Source of the DNA: Methanotrichaceae archaeon
Lineage (GTDB): Archaea > Halobacteriota > Methanosarcinia > Methanotrichales > Methanotrichaceae
Direction of reading: 5' to 3'
NCBI GenBank assembly: GCA_963748825.1
Contig: CAVVKN010000004.1
Coordinates: 1 to 64,000, forward strand
DNA length: 64,000 bases
A program made the position numbers and the translations under genes. Below are positions 20,536 through 31,428 of this stretch, in pieces. A model generated the notes under the pieces. It had not been told where the DNA came from. It saw only the letters and a list, made by a program, of their open reading frames with translations, and ran no database searches. Each line of letters begins with the position of its first letter. The first letter of the stretch is position 1.

Positions 20536-22256
20536 TCATCTCCTGGCAAAGAGCCGCTCCAATTGATTTTGATCTATTGTCACCATCACCGGCCTTCCGT
20601 GCGGGCAGGTGAGAGGATTATTGCAGGTGGAAAGATCCTCGACAAGCTTTCTCATTTCAGCGTGGTCCAGCTCTTTTCCTGATTTTATGGAGCCCTTGCA
20701 GGCCAGAAGCTTTAGAATCTCATCTTTATTGGTTGAACTGGGGCTGACTTTTCCCTGAGAAAAAAGGTCTCTTAAGATGTCGTGCACCGCCTCGGAACTC
20801 TCCAGCCGCTTCCCTAAAGCCGGGACTGCCCTGACGCTGTAGGTGTTTCCCCCAAAAGACGAGACATCAAAGCCTATGTCCTGCAGCGTCTCCTGCCAGG
20901 AGGACAACATGATTCTCTCGCTGGGAGATAGCTCCAGGGAAATGGGCTCAGCCAGCTCCTGTCGGATCTTTTTGCTCTTGTAGCGTTCTTGCAGGAGCTC
21001 GAAGCGGATGCGCTCAGCGGCAGCATGTTGATCGATGAGCACCAGCCCCTCAACACCCTCCGCCACGATGTAAAGCTTCTTGATCTGGCCGAGGATGCGA
21101 AGATGTGGACGCTTCGGCTCTACCTGCGACTTCTCCCCCGCCTCCTCCACCGGATTTAGGGGGAGGGTACTCTGCTCACAGCTTTCCGCGATGGTGGCCT
21201 GCCTGACTGGGGCCATCGCTTCGCCTGCCACCCCCCTGCTGGCATCTCCTCCGCCGCGGACTTTGCATGCTCCTCCAGAGCCCTGGCCGCGGCCTGAGTG
21301 AGAGCGGAGGCGATCTCCTGCTCATGCAAGAGGCGGATCTCTCTTTTGGCCGGGTGAACGTTCACGTCTACAAGCTCGGGACTTATCTGCAGGGAGATGA
21401 CGGCCACCGGGCTCTTTCCCAGGGGGATGATGTTTCGGTAAGCTTCCCGTACTGCTGCCGAAAGAGTTCGGGAAGAGACCGCCCTTCCGTTGACGAAGAT
21501 GAATATCCTGTCCGGACTGCTTCGCACGGCCAGCGGATCTCCAATGACTCCGGAGAGGCTCCAGCCTTGCCCTGGCTCCTCCAGCCGGGCCATGCCTTTC
21601 AAAGTCTTCAGGCCGAAGAGACGAAAGAGCACATCGTCCCAATTCGACGATCTGATCGACTTGAAGATGGTACGTTTGCCGGAGAAGAGCTCAAAAGAGA
21701 TGTCATAATGGATGATAGCCATCTCAGTGACGATATCTGTGATGTACACAGTTTCCGCTTCCACCCCTTTGAGGTGCTTTCTTCTGGCCGGAACATTGTA
21801 GAAGAGGTCCCAGACGGTGATGGTGGTTCCCACTGGAGTGCCAACCTCTTTGGTTTCTGCAATCTTGCCGCCCTCCATGCGAAGATAGGTGCCGGAGATG
21901 GAGCCTTTAGTCTTGGTTTTTACCTCCACGCTCGCCGAGACGCTGGCGATGCTGGCCAGTGCCTCGCCTCGAAAGCCTAAGGTGGATATATTTTCCAGGT
22001 CTTTGGCATCACTAATCTTGGATGTGGCATGCTTTTGAAAGGCCAGGGGCAGATCATCGGGATCAATGCCGCTACCGTCATCGGTTATTCTGATGAAGCT
22101 CTTTCCGCCGTCGCCCAGCTCAATGAGCACTTTGCCGGCGCCAGCGTCGATGGAGTTTTCCACCAATTCCTTGACCACAGAAGCGGGCCGCTCGATGACC
22201 TCTCCGGCTGCGATCTTGTTTATGGTATCAACATCTAGAAGTTTAATCCTGGCCAT
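20536..22256 (-). pseudogene. mutL: DNA mismatch repair protein MutL, split by a 1-bp frameshift
   Basis: N-part: IAAGEVIERP, ENSIDA, GFRGEAL, VDVNVHP. C-part: DQHAAAERI.FE, ACK, CPHGRP. Frames join if G6 at 21231-21236 is G7. Confidence 0.88.
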
Positions 22257-24903
22257 CGCACTCACCTCTGCTCCTGCCCCGTCTCTCATCAAGTCTCTCG
22301 CCCAGCCTCTTCTGGTATTCGGCTAGACTGCTTAGCGCCTGGAGGGGCGTCAGTGAATCTATATCCATGGCCCGGATTTCTTGCAAGATGGGATCATCCT
22401 TCTGGAGCTGCAAAATCTTTCCCGCCTCATTTCCATCATTAGATGGCGCATCGAAGAATATGAGCTGAGTGTACCGGGAGGATTTTCCGGACTTTTTATT
22501 ACCGGAAAGGGGCTCGATCACCGCCTCTTTCTCGATCTCTTTTAGAATCTGGTCCGCCCGCTTCGTCACGGCCTCGGGCACGCCGGCCAGACGGGCCACA
22601 TGCACGCCGTAGCTCTTGTCTGTGGCTCCTGGTACCACGGTCCGCAGGAAGGTGATGGTCCCTTTCTCCTCTTTTACGGCGATGCTGTAGTTTTTCACTC
22701 CCGGCAGGATGCCTTCCAGCTGCGTCAGCTGGTGATAGTGGGTGGCAAAGACGCATTTGCATTTGATGTTGCTGTGCAGATATTCCGAGATGGCCCAGGC
22801 CAAAGAGAGTCCGTCAAAGGTGCTGGTGCCGCGCCCCACCTCGTCCAGCAGCACCAGGCTGTCTTTGCTGGCAGCGCCAAGGATGGTGGCCAGCTCCGTC
22901 ATCTCCACCATGAAGGTGCTCTGGCCGGCAGATAGATCATCGTAAGCTCCCACGCGGGTGAAGATGCGGTCCACCAGGGAGAGCGAGGCATAGGCCGCTG
23001 GCACAAAGGAGCCTGCCTGGGCCATAATGGCACAGAGCGCGATTTGACGCATGAAGGTGGATTTTCCGGCCATGTTGGGACCGGTGAGAATGATGAATCG
23101 GTTATGATCATTATCCAGGAGAACATCGTTGGGCACAAAGCCGCCTCGCATGGCCTTATCCAGGACGGGATGCTTTGCGCCGCGGAGGAATAGCTTGCCC
23201 TCGCCATTGAACTGGGGCCTCACCAGGCCGCTTTCCGCAGCCACTACTGCCAGGGCGACAAGTACATCCAGCTCAGCCAGCGCCATGGCCCTCTCCTGAA
23301 CGGTACGGGCCTGTTGGCCTATTTTGCCACGCACGCCCGCAAAGATCTCCTGCTCGAGAGATATGACCCTCTCCTGGGCGGATAGTACCCGGGATTCCAT
23401 CTCCTTTAGCTCAGGGGTTATGAAGCGCTCCGCGTTTGCCAGGGTCTGCTTGCGGATGTAATCCTGAGGCACCAGATGCAGGTTCGCCCGGGAGACCTCC
23501 AGATAATAGCCGAAGACGTTGTTGTAAGAAATCTTGAGTGATTTGATGCCGGTCTTCTCCCTCTCCGAGCCTTCCAGGCGGGCGATCCAGCCCCGGCCGT
23601 CCCGCAAAAGAGAGTGAAACTGGTCAATCTCTGCGTCAAAGCCATCTTTGATCACACCTCCGTCTCGAAGGTGTGTGGGCGGATCTTCAACGATCGATCT
23701 TTCCAGGAGAGAGACGATATCTTCACAGGGACCAAGCTGGCCTTTGAGCTCGACAAGGTAAGGAGAGGCGGCATTTTCCAGGATCTCTTGCAGACCGGGC
23801 AGCCTCGCCAGCGTGCTTTTCAGGACCATCAGCTCTTTGGGACTGGCAGAGCCGCAGGAGACCCGGCTCATCAGCCTCTCCAGATCACAGACGCCCTTCA
23901 GCACCTCGGTCAGGCTTTCCCGCAGCACGGAATTATTGTTCAGCTCTTCTACAGCCAGATGCCTTCTGGTAATCGCTTCCTGGAAGAGCAGAGGCATCTG
24001 GACCCAGCGGGCCAGGGTGCGTGCTCCCATGGGCGTCTTTGTCCGGGCCAAGAACTCCAGCAGCGTTCCCCGCCGGGAGCGGTCCCGGATGTTCCTCAGG
24101 ATCTCTAAATTACGCAGGGTGACTTCATCTAAAACCATGAACTCGGCTGCGGTATAGAAGCAAATGTCATGCAGGTGTCCCAGAGCATCGAAGTGAGCCG
24201 AGTGCAGATAGGTGAGAATGGCTCCGCAGGCGCGGGCGGCGAGGGGCCGGTCAGCGAGGCGCAGCCGATCCCCCCAGCCGGGGCCAAAGCGGCTCTCCAG
24301 GGCGGCCGATGTGCTCTCCTGCGAAAAGGCTGCCTCATCCAGGATCTGCAGGCTTGTGCCCTCCCAGTTGATGGGAAAAGGCGCAACGCACTCCGCCGGC
24401 CGAAACTTGGCCAGCTCGGATGTCAGCCGTTCCGCGGCAATCTCCGTGGTCAGGAACTCTCCTGTGGAGACGTCCACAAAAGCCAGGCCCATCCTGCCCC
24501 CATCTTGCACGACGGAGGCGAGGAAATTGTTGCTGGACTCGTCGAGCATGGCAGGCTCAATGATTGTGCCTGGTGTCACCACGCGAGTGATCTCCCTTTT
24601 TACCAGCCCCTTGGCCAGCTTGGGGTCCTCCACCTGATCGCAGATAGCCACCTTATGCCCGGCCCGGATGAGCTTGGCCAGGTAGACCTCCAGGGCATGA
24701 TAGGGCACGCCCGCCAGAGGAATCTTGTTGCCCTCGTCGTCCTTCTGGCGGGAGGTAAGGGTGATGTTCAGGTCGCGTGCGACGACTACGGCATCCTCGG
24801 CAAAGGTCTCGTAGAAGTCGCCTACCCGGAATAGCAGCAATGTATCCGGGTACAGCTTCTTTTCCCGGTAATACTGCTCCATGAGGGGAGAGAGCTTGGA
24901 CAT
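22243..24903 (-). CDS. mutS: DNA mismatch repair protein MutS
   Basis: GDFYETF, TGPNMAGKST, STFMVEM, DEVGRGTS, FATHYH, SYGVHVA. Confidence 0.96.
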   Translation of the reverse strand: MSKLSPLMEQYYREKKLYPDTLLLFRVGDFYETFAEDAVVVARDLNITLTSRQKDDEGNKIPLAGVPYHALEVYLAKLIRAGHKVAICDQVEDPKLAKGLVKREITRVVTPGTIIEPAMLDESSNNFLASVVQDGGRMGLAFVDVSTGEFLTTEIAAERLTSELAKFRPAECVAPFPINWEGTSLQILDEAAFSQESTSAALESRFGPGWGDRLRLADRPLAARACGAILTYLHSAHFDALGHLHDICFYTAAEFMVLDEVTLRNLEILRNIRDRSRRGTLLEFLARTKTPMGARTLARWVQMPLLFQEAITRRHLAVEELNNNSVLRESLTEVLKGVCDLERLMSRVSCGSASPKELMVLKSTLARLPGLQEILENAASPYLVELKGQLGPCEDIVSLLERSIVEDPPTHLRDGGVIKDGFDAEIDQFHSLLRDGRGWIARLEGSEREKTGIKSLKISYNNVFGYYLEVSRANLHLVPQDYIRKQTLANAERFITPELKEMESRVLSAQERVISLEQEIFAGVRGKIGQQARTVQERAMALAELDVLVALAVVAAESGLVRPQFNGEGKLFLRGAKHPVLDKAMRGGFVPNDVLLDNDHNRFIILTGPNMAGKSTFMRQIALCAIMAQAGSFVPAAYASLSLVDRIFTRVGAYDDLSAGQSTFMVEMTELATILGAASKDSLVLLDEVGRGTSTFDGLSLAWAISEYLHSNIKCKCVFATHYHQLTQLEGILPGVKNYSIAVKEEKGTITFLRTVVPGATDKSYGVHVARLAGVPEAVTKRADQILKEIEKEAVIEPLSGNKKSGKSSRYTQLIFFDAPSNDGNEAGKILQLQKDDPILQEIRAMDIDSLTPLQALSSLAEYQKRLGERLDERRGRSRGECDGQD

Positions 24904-25136
24904 AATCTTCTCAAGCTCGGGCTTCTCTTCTCATATCGCTTTCGGTGCGTGCTTGCCGTCTCTTTGCGTGCCTTACGATTTCCAAACATAAAGAACACAA
25001 AGCGCACAAAGGCCTCAAAAAAGATGCCAGTTTCCCTTGCCAATGAAAGATCTGCTAAATCACGCAATATTCATCTTATGCAAATAATAAATAAACATAC
25101 AAATGCCGGTTTCCCGGCACTTGATTTGTACCTCAC

Positions 25137-25832
25137 CTAAGCCGTCTTCTCGCCCTCGGCGCTTCCCGTCCAGGAGTCGCCGCTGGTGGAAAATGCCTGG
25201 TACACTCCTTCGGCCCAGTCCTCGCTCAGATTGAGTGTGAGCTTGTATTGGACGATGGGATTCGCAGTGACCAGATTCAGCTCCAGGGTTGCATCTGCAA
25301 CAGCTCCTGATGCAGTCACATCCTGGGTGTTGTTGCCTTCTTTGATCTTGCCGGCTCCAAAGACCTCATTTCCTTTCTGGAAGAGGACCAGGGCCAGATC
25401 TCTCTCTACGCTATCATTGAGGGTAAAATACCAGTTTCCACCAGCATTTGTTACTTCTAGCTGGGTGGGAGGCAGCTCTGTATCTGTGGCCGCAGATGGG
25501 TTCTCAACTGGTGCAGTCTCTTCTGCTGGCGTACTGGCTACAGCCTCTTCGCTGGCCGACTCCGCTTGAGTCCTGGATGCTTTGGCGCTGTTACCACCAC
25601 CGGCGAGAGTGCTGGGAACGGTCCAGTCCATCGAGGTTTTGTTCTCATTAAGCTTTCTTTGCGCGATGGGAGTTGCAGCCTGCCCTGCTGGCGCCGTAAT
25701 GATCTCAACTTCACCACTGCTTATCATCTCCTCTGCGTTTCCGCTAGGGTCATCCCAATTGATGCAAAGAGCCGTCACAGCCAGGAAGGCAATGAAAAGC
25801 AATGATGATAGTAATAGCATTTTAAATCTCAT
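25137..25832 (-). CDS. Secreted hypothetical protein with C-terminal beta-rich domain
   Basis: Signal peptide, low-complexity linker, GNWYFTL..L.LFQ...VFGAG..W.G domain shared with paralogs. Confidence 0.7.
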   Translation of the reverse strand: MRFKMLLLSSLLFIAFLAVTALCINWDDPSGNAEEMISSGEVEIITAPAGQAATPIAQRKLNENKTSMDWTVPSTLAGGGNSAKASRTQAESASEEAVASTPAEETAPVENPSAATDTELPPTQLEVTNAGGNWYFTLNDSVERDLALVLFQKGNEVFGAGKIKEGNNTQDVTASGAVADATLELNLVTANPIVQYKLTLNLSEDWAEGVYQAFSTSGDSWTGSAEGEKTA

Positions 25833-26038
25833 GACATATCGACCTTCTTAGGAATGGTTTTTCTAATCCTCATGAATGGATGCTTTTCGGCCGGGTTGAC
25901 CAGGCTTATGTTCCATTCTACCGCCATTCGCATTGCCATGCAGTTTATTAGTTGATAAGCTTAATGGTTATACGACAAACAACGTTTTATTATTTTCTAA
26001 AAAATAATAAATTATTAGAAATTGTTTTAGATTTAAAT

Positions 26039-26603
26039 CTAGTTGATCTTCCCCATAGCGATTCCCTTCCAGGGAACATATACGACACTGTAGCCATGAT
26101 AGTCGCCTGACAGGGATTTGCCGTTCATGGTCAGAGAAAGATGGAAGAGCGTTAGGTCGTCGGAGAGAATATCCAAATTCAGCTTATTCCCGGTGATGGC
26201 CCCAGTTGCCGTGGCATTTTGAAGGCTGCTTCCCACTGACAATTGTGCCCTTGCCGAATACGACATCATTAGACTGGTACATCTGCAGAACAACAGCTCG
26301 CTCCAGGCTGTCCAGCAGATTCAGGCTCCAGGTGCTGTGGGGGCTGAGGAGCCTCGCCTTGGGCTGGGAGGATTGCGAGCTTGCCAGTGAACCAGGCAGG
26401 TTCTTTCCCATTATCACCGGCGTGGCATTACCTTTCTGGTCTTGCTGACCTGGGCTCAAGATATCATCTCCCATGGTCTTTCTTATGTCCTGAATTGCAC
26501 CCGCATCCGCAGGATTTAAAAGATCATCTTGTGCAACCGCGCAGGCTGCCAGGAAAATGAGCATCAAAATGCCTGCCAGAGATCTGATATTAGTATATTT
26601 CAT
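26039..26603 (-). pseudogene. Paralog of adjacent secreted protein, frameshifted
   Basis: ORFs 26184-26603 and 26039-26293 join into one paralog if one G at 26232-26234 is removed. Confidence 0.65.
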
Positions 26604-26716
26604 TTTTTTGCCTCCCATTAAGTCAGATAATGTCCGATAATAAAAGTGCAGAGAATGCACTTGTAAAAACAAAAAAAATTAAAACGCAAAGAGAAGTCAT
26701 TAGACCAATAGAGGTC

Positions 26717-28531
26717 TCAATCCGAGCTCGCCCTTTGCACCTCGATCTTCTCTCCCGTCTTCATGCGCTTGATGATGCGCTTGGCCATCTCTGAGGACTT
26801 GGCCACCCGGATATCTCCTCTTCTGCCCACGGTGGCCGTGAAGACCGGCTCCTCGCCTACAAAGACCTCCGCCGACTCTCCGGCCATGCCTTCCAGCCAG
26901 ATGATGAGGTGCTTGGCCGTCTCCTCCACCTTGGGTGCCGCCAGGACAGGCACATCCTGAGTGCGCACGTCGATATGCAGTCCCAGGTTCTTCTCGATCT
27001 GATCGATGTTCTTGCCGGCCTTGCCTATCACTCTTGCCGCCTCATCCTGGGGGACGTGGATGACAGCAGATGAGTCGGTAAGCATCTCCACCTGGAAGGG
27101 GCCTCGCACATGATGCGCTATCTCCTTCTCAATCTCGCGACTGGCCAGCCTCCAGGATGGGGAGGGCCTCCGGCTCTCCTTGGACACGGGCATGACCACG
27201 ATCTGCTCGCCATAGGAGTATAGCTCATACTCCGCCTGGCCCGTCTCAAAGTCCTTGACCACAATCACCGGGCGGGCCAAATCCGCTTCCACCATGCCAG
27301 CGGGAACCTTGACCACGAACTCCACATCCAGGACATGGGTGACCTCACCCTTCTCGATGAAGACCACCGTGTCCACCACCTGGGGAATCATGCCCATGTC
27401 CACGCGACCGAGAAGACGCTGCAAGGCATCGATGGGCTTGTTGGCATGCACCACACCGATCATACCCACGCCAGCCAGGCGCATATCTGCGAAGACCTGG
27501 AAGTCGCGCGTCTTTCTCACCTCGTCGTAGATGGTGTAGTCGGGCCTGACCAAGAGCAAAATATCAGCCGAAGCTTCCATGCTGCCTTCGAGCGGCCCGT
27601 ACTGAGTGATCTCCGATGGAACTTGCAGATCGCGAGGCGACTCAAGGGTCTTGACCACATAGTTGCAGCTTAAGAGATACTCGGCAACTCCGGCGGCAAA
27701 GGTGGACTTTCCCGATCCAGGCGGACCGGCTATGAGGATGCCTCTCTGACTCTCCTTCAGCCTCTCTTTTAGCATGCTGCTATGCCGGTAAGAGTCAAAG
27801 CTCACCTTGGCCACTGGTCGCACGGCCGTTATCTCCAGGCCGTCAGAGAACGGGGGCTTGGCTATGGCGATTCTCATGGGCCCTATCTGAATTACGGCGG
27901 CACCAATCTTCTCCATCTCCACATAGCCTTCCGGATCCGCCTTGGCCCTTTCGAAGATCTCGCGTGAGAGGTCTCTTAGCTCCCTTTCCGATAGCGACCT
28001 CTCCCCTAAACGAATCAGGGAAAAGTCTCCCACCCGGCCGCGTTTGGCCATGGGTATGGCACCCTCCTTGAGATGCACGGAGAGGGTATCCTCGGTGAAG
28101 TATTTCTCCAGGGACAGGGGCTTGATAGGCTCGCGCTGCGGACGGACGTACTCCACGTCCAGGCCCATAGCTTCCGCCACGCGGAACTGAACTTGATCGC
28201 TGGTAAGGAAGGAGGCACCAAGTTCCAGGGCTACATCCCGAATCATGGCGTCTATCTCTCCCCCTCCGGCTAGCTTGATCTGGTCCAAATTGGGCCTGAT
28301 GCCCACGTATTCCAGCTCGATCTTGCCCGTCTTGGCCAGCTCAGAGAGCTTCCGAAGCTCATCCAATCCTCTAAGACCGATATCTCGCCCGTGGTTGGCC
28401 TGAGCCTCCAGCTCGGCTACCACGGCCTCAGGTACAACGATCCTGCGGCCCTGCAGCTCACCGGCTTTGATCTTGGCAGAGACTCTACCATCAATTACCA
28501 CGCTGGTATCTGGCACTAACGGTTGCGCCAT
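26717..28531 (-). CDS. PIN-domain ATPase with KH domain (PINA-like)
   Basis: VPDTSVVIDG PIN; GPPGSGKST; YDEVR; IGKAGKNI KH motif. Confidence 0.9.
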   Translation of the reverse strand: MAQPLVPDTSVVIDGRVSAKIKAGELQGRRIVVPEAVVAELEAQANHGRDIGLRGLDELRKLSELAKTGKIELEYVGIRPNLDQIKLAGGGEIDAMIRDVALELGASFLTSDQVQFRVAEAMGLDVEYVRPQREPIKPLSLEKYFTEDTLSVHLKEGAIPMAKRGRVGDFSLIRLGERSLSERELRDLSREIFERAKADPEGYVEMEKIGAAVIQIGPMRIAIAKPPFSDGLEITAVRPVAKVSFDSYRHSSMLKERLKESQRGILIAGPPGSGKSTFAAGVAEYLLSCNYVVKTLESPRDLQVPSEITQYGPLEGSMEASADILLLVRPDYTIYDEVRKTRDFQVFADMRLAGVGMIGVVHANKPIDALQRLLGRVDMGMIPQVVDTVVFIEKGEVTHVLDVEFVVKVPAGMVEADLARPVIVVKDFETGQAEYELYSYGEQIVVMPVSKESRRPSPSWRLASREIEKEIAHHVRGPFQVEMLTDSSAVIHVPQDEAARVIGKAGKNIDQIEKNLGLHIDVRTQDVPVLAAPKVEETAKHLIIWLEGMAGESAEVFVGEEPVFTATVGRRGDIRVAKSSEMAKRIIKRMKTGEKIEVQRASSD

Positions 28532-28581
28532 TGTCTAAAACATCCTTTAATCATCAATTATCATCTAGAGCTTAGATAAAG

Positions 28582-29265
28582 CTAGAGATAGACTATATCC
28601 ATCTTTCGCTTTTCAGCCATCCATTCCAGCACATAGTCAATGTCCAGTTGCCTTCTGGTCTGCAGACTGGACTGTACCACCATGATGGGACTGCCCTTCA
28701 TAGCCTCCGATATCTTTTGGGTGGCAACCGCCCCAAATCCGGGATCAAGCCTCCTTAAGATGTAGAGCTTAATGTCGCTGCAGGCAAAGCCTTCATCGGT
28801 TCTATGCCCCAGTTCGATGCAGACCTTTCCTGGCGAGGATTGCAGCCGGAAGGCCACGCTGTAGCTGGCAAATTTGCTTCGATCATAGAGCTTTCTCTCC
28901 TGAAAAGCAGGCCGCAGATCCTCTTCCATTATGGCCGTGCCTAAGGTGATCAGATCCAGGGAAGCTTGGCAGGAGTATTGGGGGCAACCGGCCAGCTTGG
29001 AAGCTGTGAGGTTTTTTAATGACGCATCCTTGGCATGGCAGTATTCGCTGTCATCAACCGCCCAGAAATCCCGGCTCAAAGGGAACGAAGCCGAAGCATA
29101 ATTGTCACAGCTCTTGCACTTCATCCCGATGACAACTTCCTTATTCAGGAACGGCGCAATGCCCTCTAAGATGGCCAGAGCATCAGCGACGCGAAAGTCT
29201 GCGCCCTCTCCGAGGTTCCTCTTGGCTTCCCGGACCGCAAAGAGTATTTCATTCCTGTTATCCAT
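28582..29265 (-). CDS. Hypothetical protein with Cys cluster
   Basis: 227-aa ORF with CKSC..YCH..CPQY; no family recognised. Confidence 0.6.
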   Translation of the reverse strand: MDNRNEILFAVREAKRNLGEGADFRVADALAILEGIAPFLNKEVVIGMKCKSCDNYASASFPLSRDFWAVDDSEYCHAKDASLKNLTASKLAGCPQYSCQASLDLITLGTAIMEEDLRPAFQERKLYDRSKFASYSVAFRLQSSPGKVCIELGHRTDEGFACSDIKLYILRRLDPGFGAVATQKISEAMKGSPIMVVQSSLQTRRQLDIDYVLEWMAEKRKMDIVYL

Positions 29266-29429
29266 AAGTTATCCTTCATACTCCGGAGCTAGTGCCCAGG
29301 CGGCATGAACTGGAGTATAAGAAGAGCATCATACATAAGAACTTGCCGTGGCTCCGAAAGAGATATATTTACTCATCACTTTTTCGCGGAGAAGAGGAGA
29401 TCAGAGCGCGAACTATTGGAGGTCAGCCC

Positions 29430-29966
29430 TTGAAAGAAATACGCTTACATGGTCGTGGCGGTCAGGGATCTGTCACTGCAGCCGAAATGATAGCCGTTGC
29501 GGCTTTTGAGGACAATAGGTTCTCACAGGCATTTCCGGCCTTTGGAGTAGAAAGGAGAGGCGCGCCGGTAATGGCCTTTGCCAGAATTGCCGACAAGCCC
29601 ATCCGGATCAGAAGTCAGATTTATGAGCCGGATTATGTCATTGTGCAGGATGTAACCTTACTCGATGTGGTGGATGTGGCAGCAGGACTTAAACCGACGG
29701 GGAAGATAATAATAAACACCGACCGAACGAAGGAGGCACTCAAGCTTAAAACAGATGCAGAGGTCATCACCATCGACGCCACCAAGATCGCCATGGAGAT
29801 TCTAAAGCGGCCTATTGTCAACACCACCATGCTGGGAGCATTTTGCGGTGCCAGCAAAGAGGTGGGGCTGGAGAGCCTGAACAAAGCTATTTCGGAACGT
29901 TTCAAAGGTGACTTAGGCAAAAAGAACCTGCTCGCCATAAAAGCCGCCTTCGAGAGGGTATCTTAA
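29430..29966 (+). CDS. porC: Pyruvate:ferredoxin oxidoreductase gamma subunit
   Basis: [17 protein letters not shown]; TTG start after GGAGG. Confidence 0.93.
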   Translation: MKEIRLHGRGGQGSVTAAEMIAVAAFEDNRFSQAFPAFGVERRGAPVMAFARIADKPIRIRSQIYEPDYVIVQDVTLLDVVDVAAGLKPTGKIIINTDRTKEALKLKTDAEVITIDATKIAMEILKRPIVNTTMLGAFCGASKEVGLESLNKAISERFKGDLGKKNLLAIKAAFERVS

Positions 29967-30223
29967 TGGCAATCAAAGCAGGGAGTTTAGTAGATGCGTG
30001 CAGCACCCGCATGACAAAGACTGGTGCCTGGCGGACGTTCGTGCCCATATTCGATCATGAGAAATGCATAAAATGCAGCCTCTGTGAGATCTACTGCCCC
30101 GAGGGCTGCGTCCACCAGGAAGAAGGGCTCTTTGTCCCTGACCTGGACTACTGCAAAGGTTGCAGCGTGTGCGCTAACGAGTGCCCAAGAATGGCGATTA
30201 CAATGGTCCTGGAGGAGAAGTGA
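29966..30223 (+). CDS. porD: Pyruvate:ferredoxin oxidoreductase delta subunit
   Basis: KTGAWR, two CxxCxxCxxxCP motifs. Confidence 0.93.
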   Translation: MAIKAGSLVDACSTRMTKTGAWRTFVPIFDHEKCIKCSLCEIYCPEGCVHQEEGLFVPDLDYCKGCSVCANECPRMAITMVLEEK

Positions 30224-31416
30224 TGAGCGAGAAGACTGCTAATATGAAAGTGGTGGAGGGCTCTTATGCGGTGGCCCACGCGGTCATGTGCTGCCGGCCC
30301 GATGTGATCTCAGCCTATCCCATAACACCTCAGACCCACATTGTGGAGAACCTCTCCCAGATGGTAGCTAATGGTGAGCTTGACAGCGAATTCTTGACGG
30401 TGGATTCCGAGTTCTCAGCCCTGTCCGTTTTGGTCGGCGCCAGCGCTTGCGGTGCCAGAAGCTACTCCTCGACCACGAGCCAGGGCCTGGCCCTGATGTA
30501 TGAGGTTTTATACAACGTTTCCGGCATGAGGCTGCCTGTTGTTATGAACGTAGCCAACAGAGCCATGGGCGCGCCGCTCAACATCTGGAACGATCAGCAA
30601 GATTCCATAGGCGCTCGCGATGTAGGATGGCTGCAAATCTATGTGGAGAATGTGCAAGAAGCTGTGGATGCCACTTTGCAGGCCTACAAGATAGCCGAGG
30701 ATGCCGAGATCAGGACACCCATCATGGTCTGCATGGATGGATTCATCTTAACCCACGTCTACGAACCGGTAGAGCTTTTGGACAAGGAAAAGGCCAGGGA
30801 GTTTCTGCCCGACTACCAGCCGCCCGCTATCCTGGATCCGGCCCACCCCATGACCTTCGGTGCCTTCGCAGACCCCTCCACCTACACTGAGTTTCGCTAC
30901 CAGCAGTTCGAGGCCCAGCTAAAGGCTCTGACGAAGATCGAATTGGTTGCTCGCGAGTTTGAGGAGACCTTTGGAAGGTACTACGGTGGGCTCTTGGACA
31001 GCTACTTTGTCGAGGACGCTGAGATCGTAATAGTCACCCTGGGTTCAGTCATAGGCACCATCAAGGACGCCATAGATGCCATGCGATCCGAGGGCAAAAA
31101 AGTCGGCCTGCTAAAGGTGCGAAGCTACCGGCCCTTCCCAGTCCAAGCTCTGCGAAAGGCCCTGAAGGACGCCAGCGTAATTGCCGTTATTGAGAAAGAC
31201 GTCGCTATCGGTGGCGAAGCCGGTCTGGTAACAGATCTGAAGGCTTCCTTCTACAACAGCAAAATCAGAACGCCCATCATCGGCTTTGCCGCGGGTCTGG
31301 GAGGTCGCGATATCACAGTCAAGGACATCAGAAAGATCGTGGCCAAGGCAGAAGCTGCCCGAAAATCAATAGAAACCGAGTTCGAATTCCTGGATCTGAG
31401 GACGGAGATCCTTTAG
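30223..31416 (+). CDS. porA: Pyruvate:ferredoxin oxidoreductase alpha subunit
   Basis: AYPITPQT, TTSQGL, NRA, DGFILTH, GLGGRD. Confidence 0.94.
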   Translation: MSEKTANMKVVEGSYAVAHAVMCCRPDVISAYPITPQTHIVENLSQMVANGELDSEFLTVDSEFSALSVLVGASACGARSYSSTTSQGLALMYEVLYNVSGMRLPVVMNVANRAMGAPLNIWNDQQDSIGARDVGWLQIYVENVQEAVDATLQAYKIAEDAEIRTPIMVCMDGFILTHVYEPVELLDKEKAREFLPDYQPPAILDPAHPMTFGAFADPSTYTEFRYQQFEAQLKALTKIELVAREFEETFGRYYGGLLDSYFVEDAEIVIVTLGSVIGTIKDAIDAMRSEGKKVGLLKVRSYRPFPVQALRKALKDASVIAVIEKDVAIGGEAGLVTDLKASFYNSKIRTPIIGFAAGLGGRDITVKDIRKIVAKAEAARKSIETEFEFLDLRTEIL

Positions 31417-31428
31417 GAGCTGAGAAAA

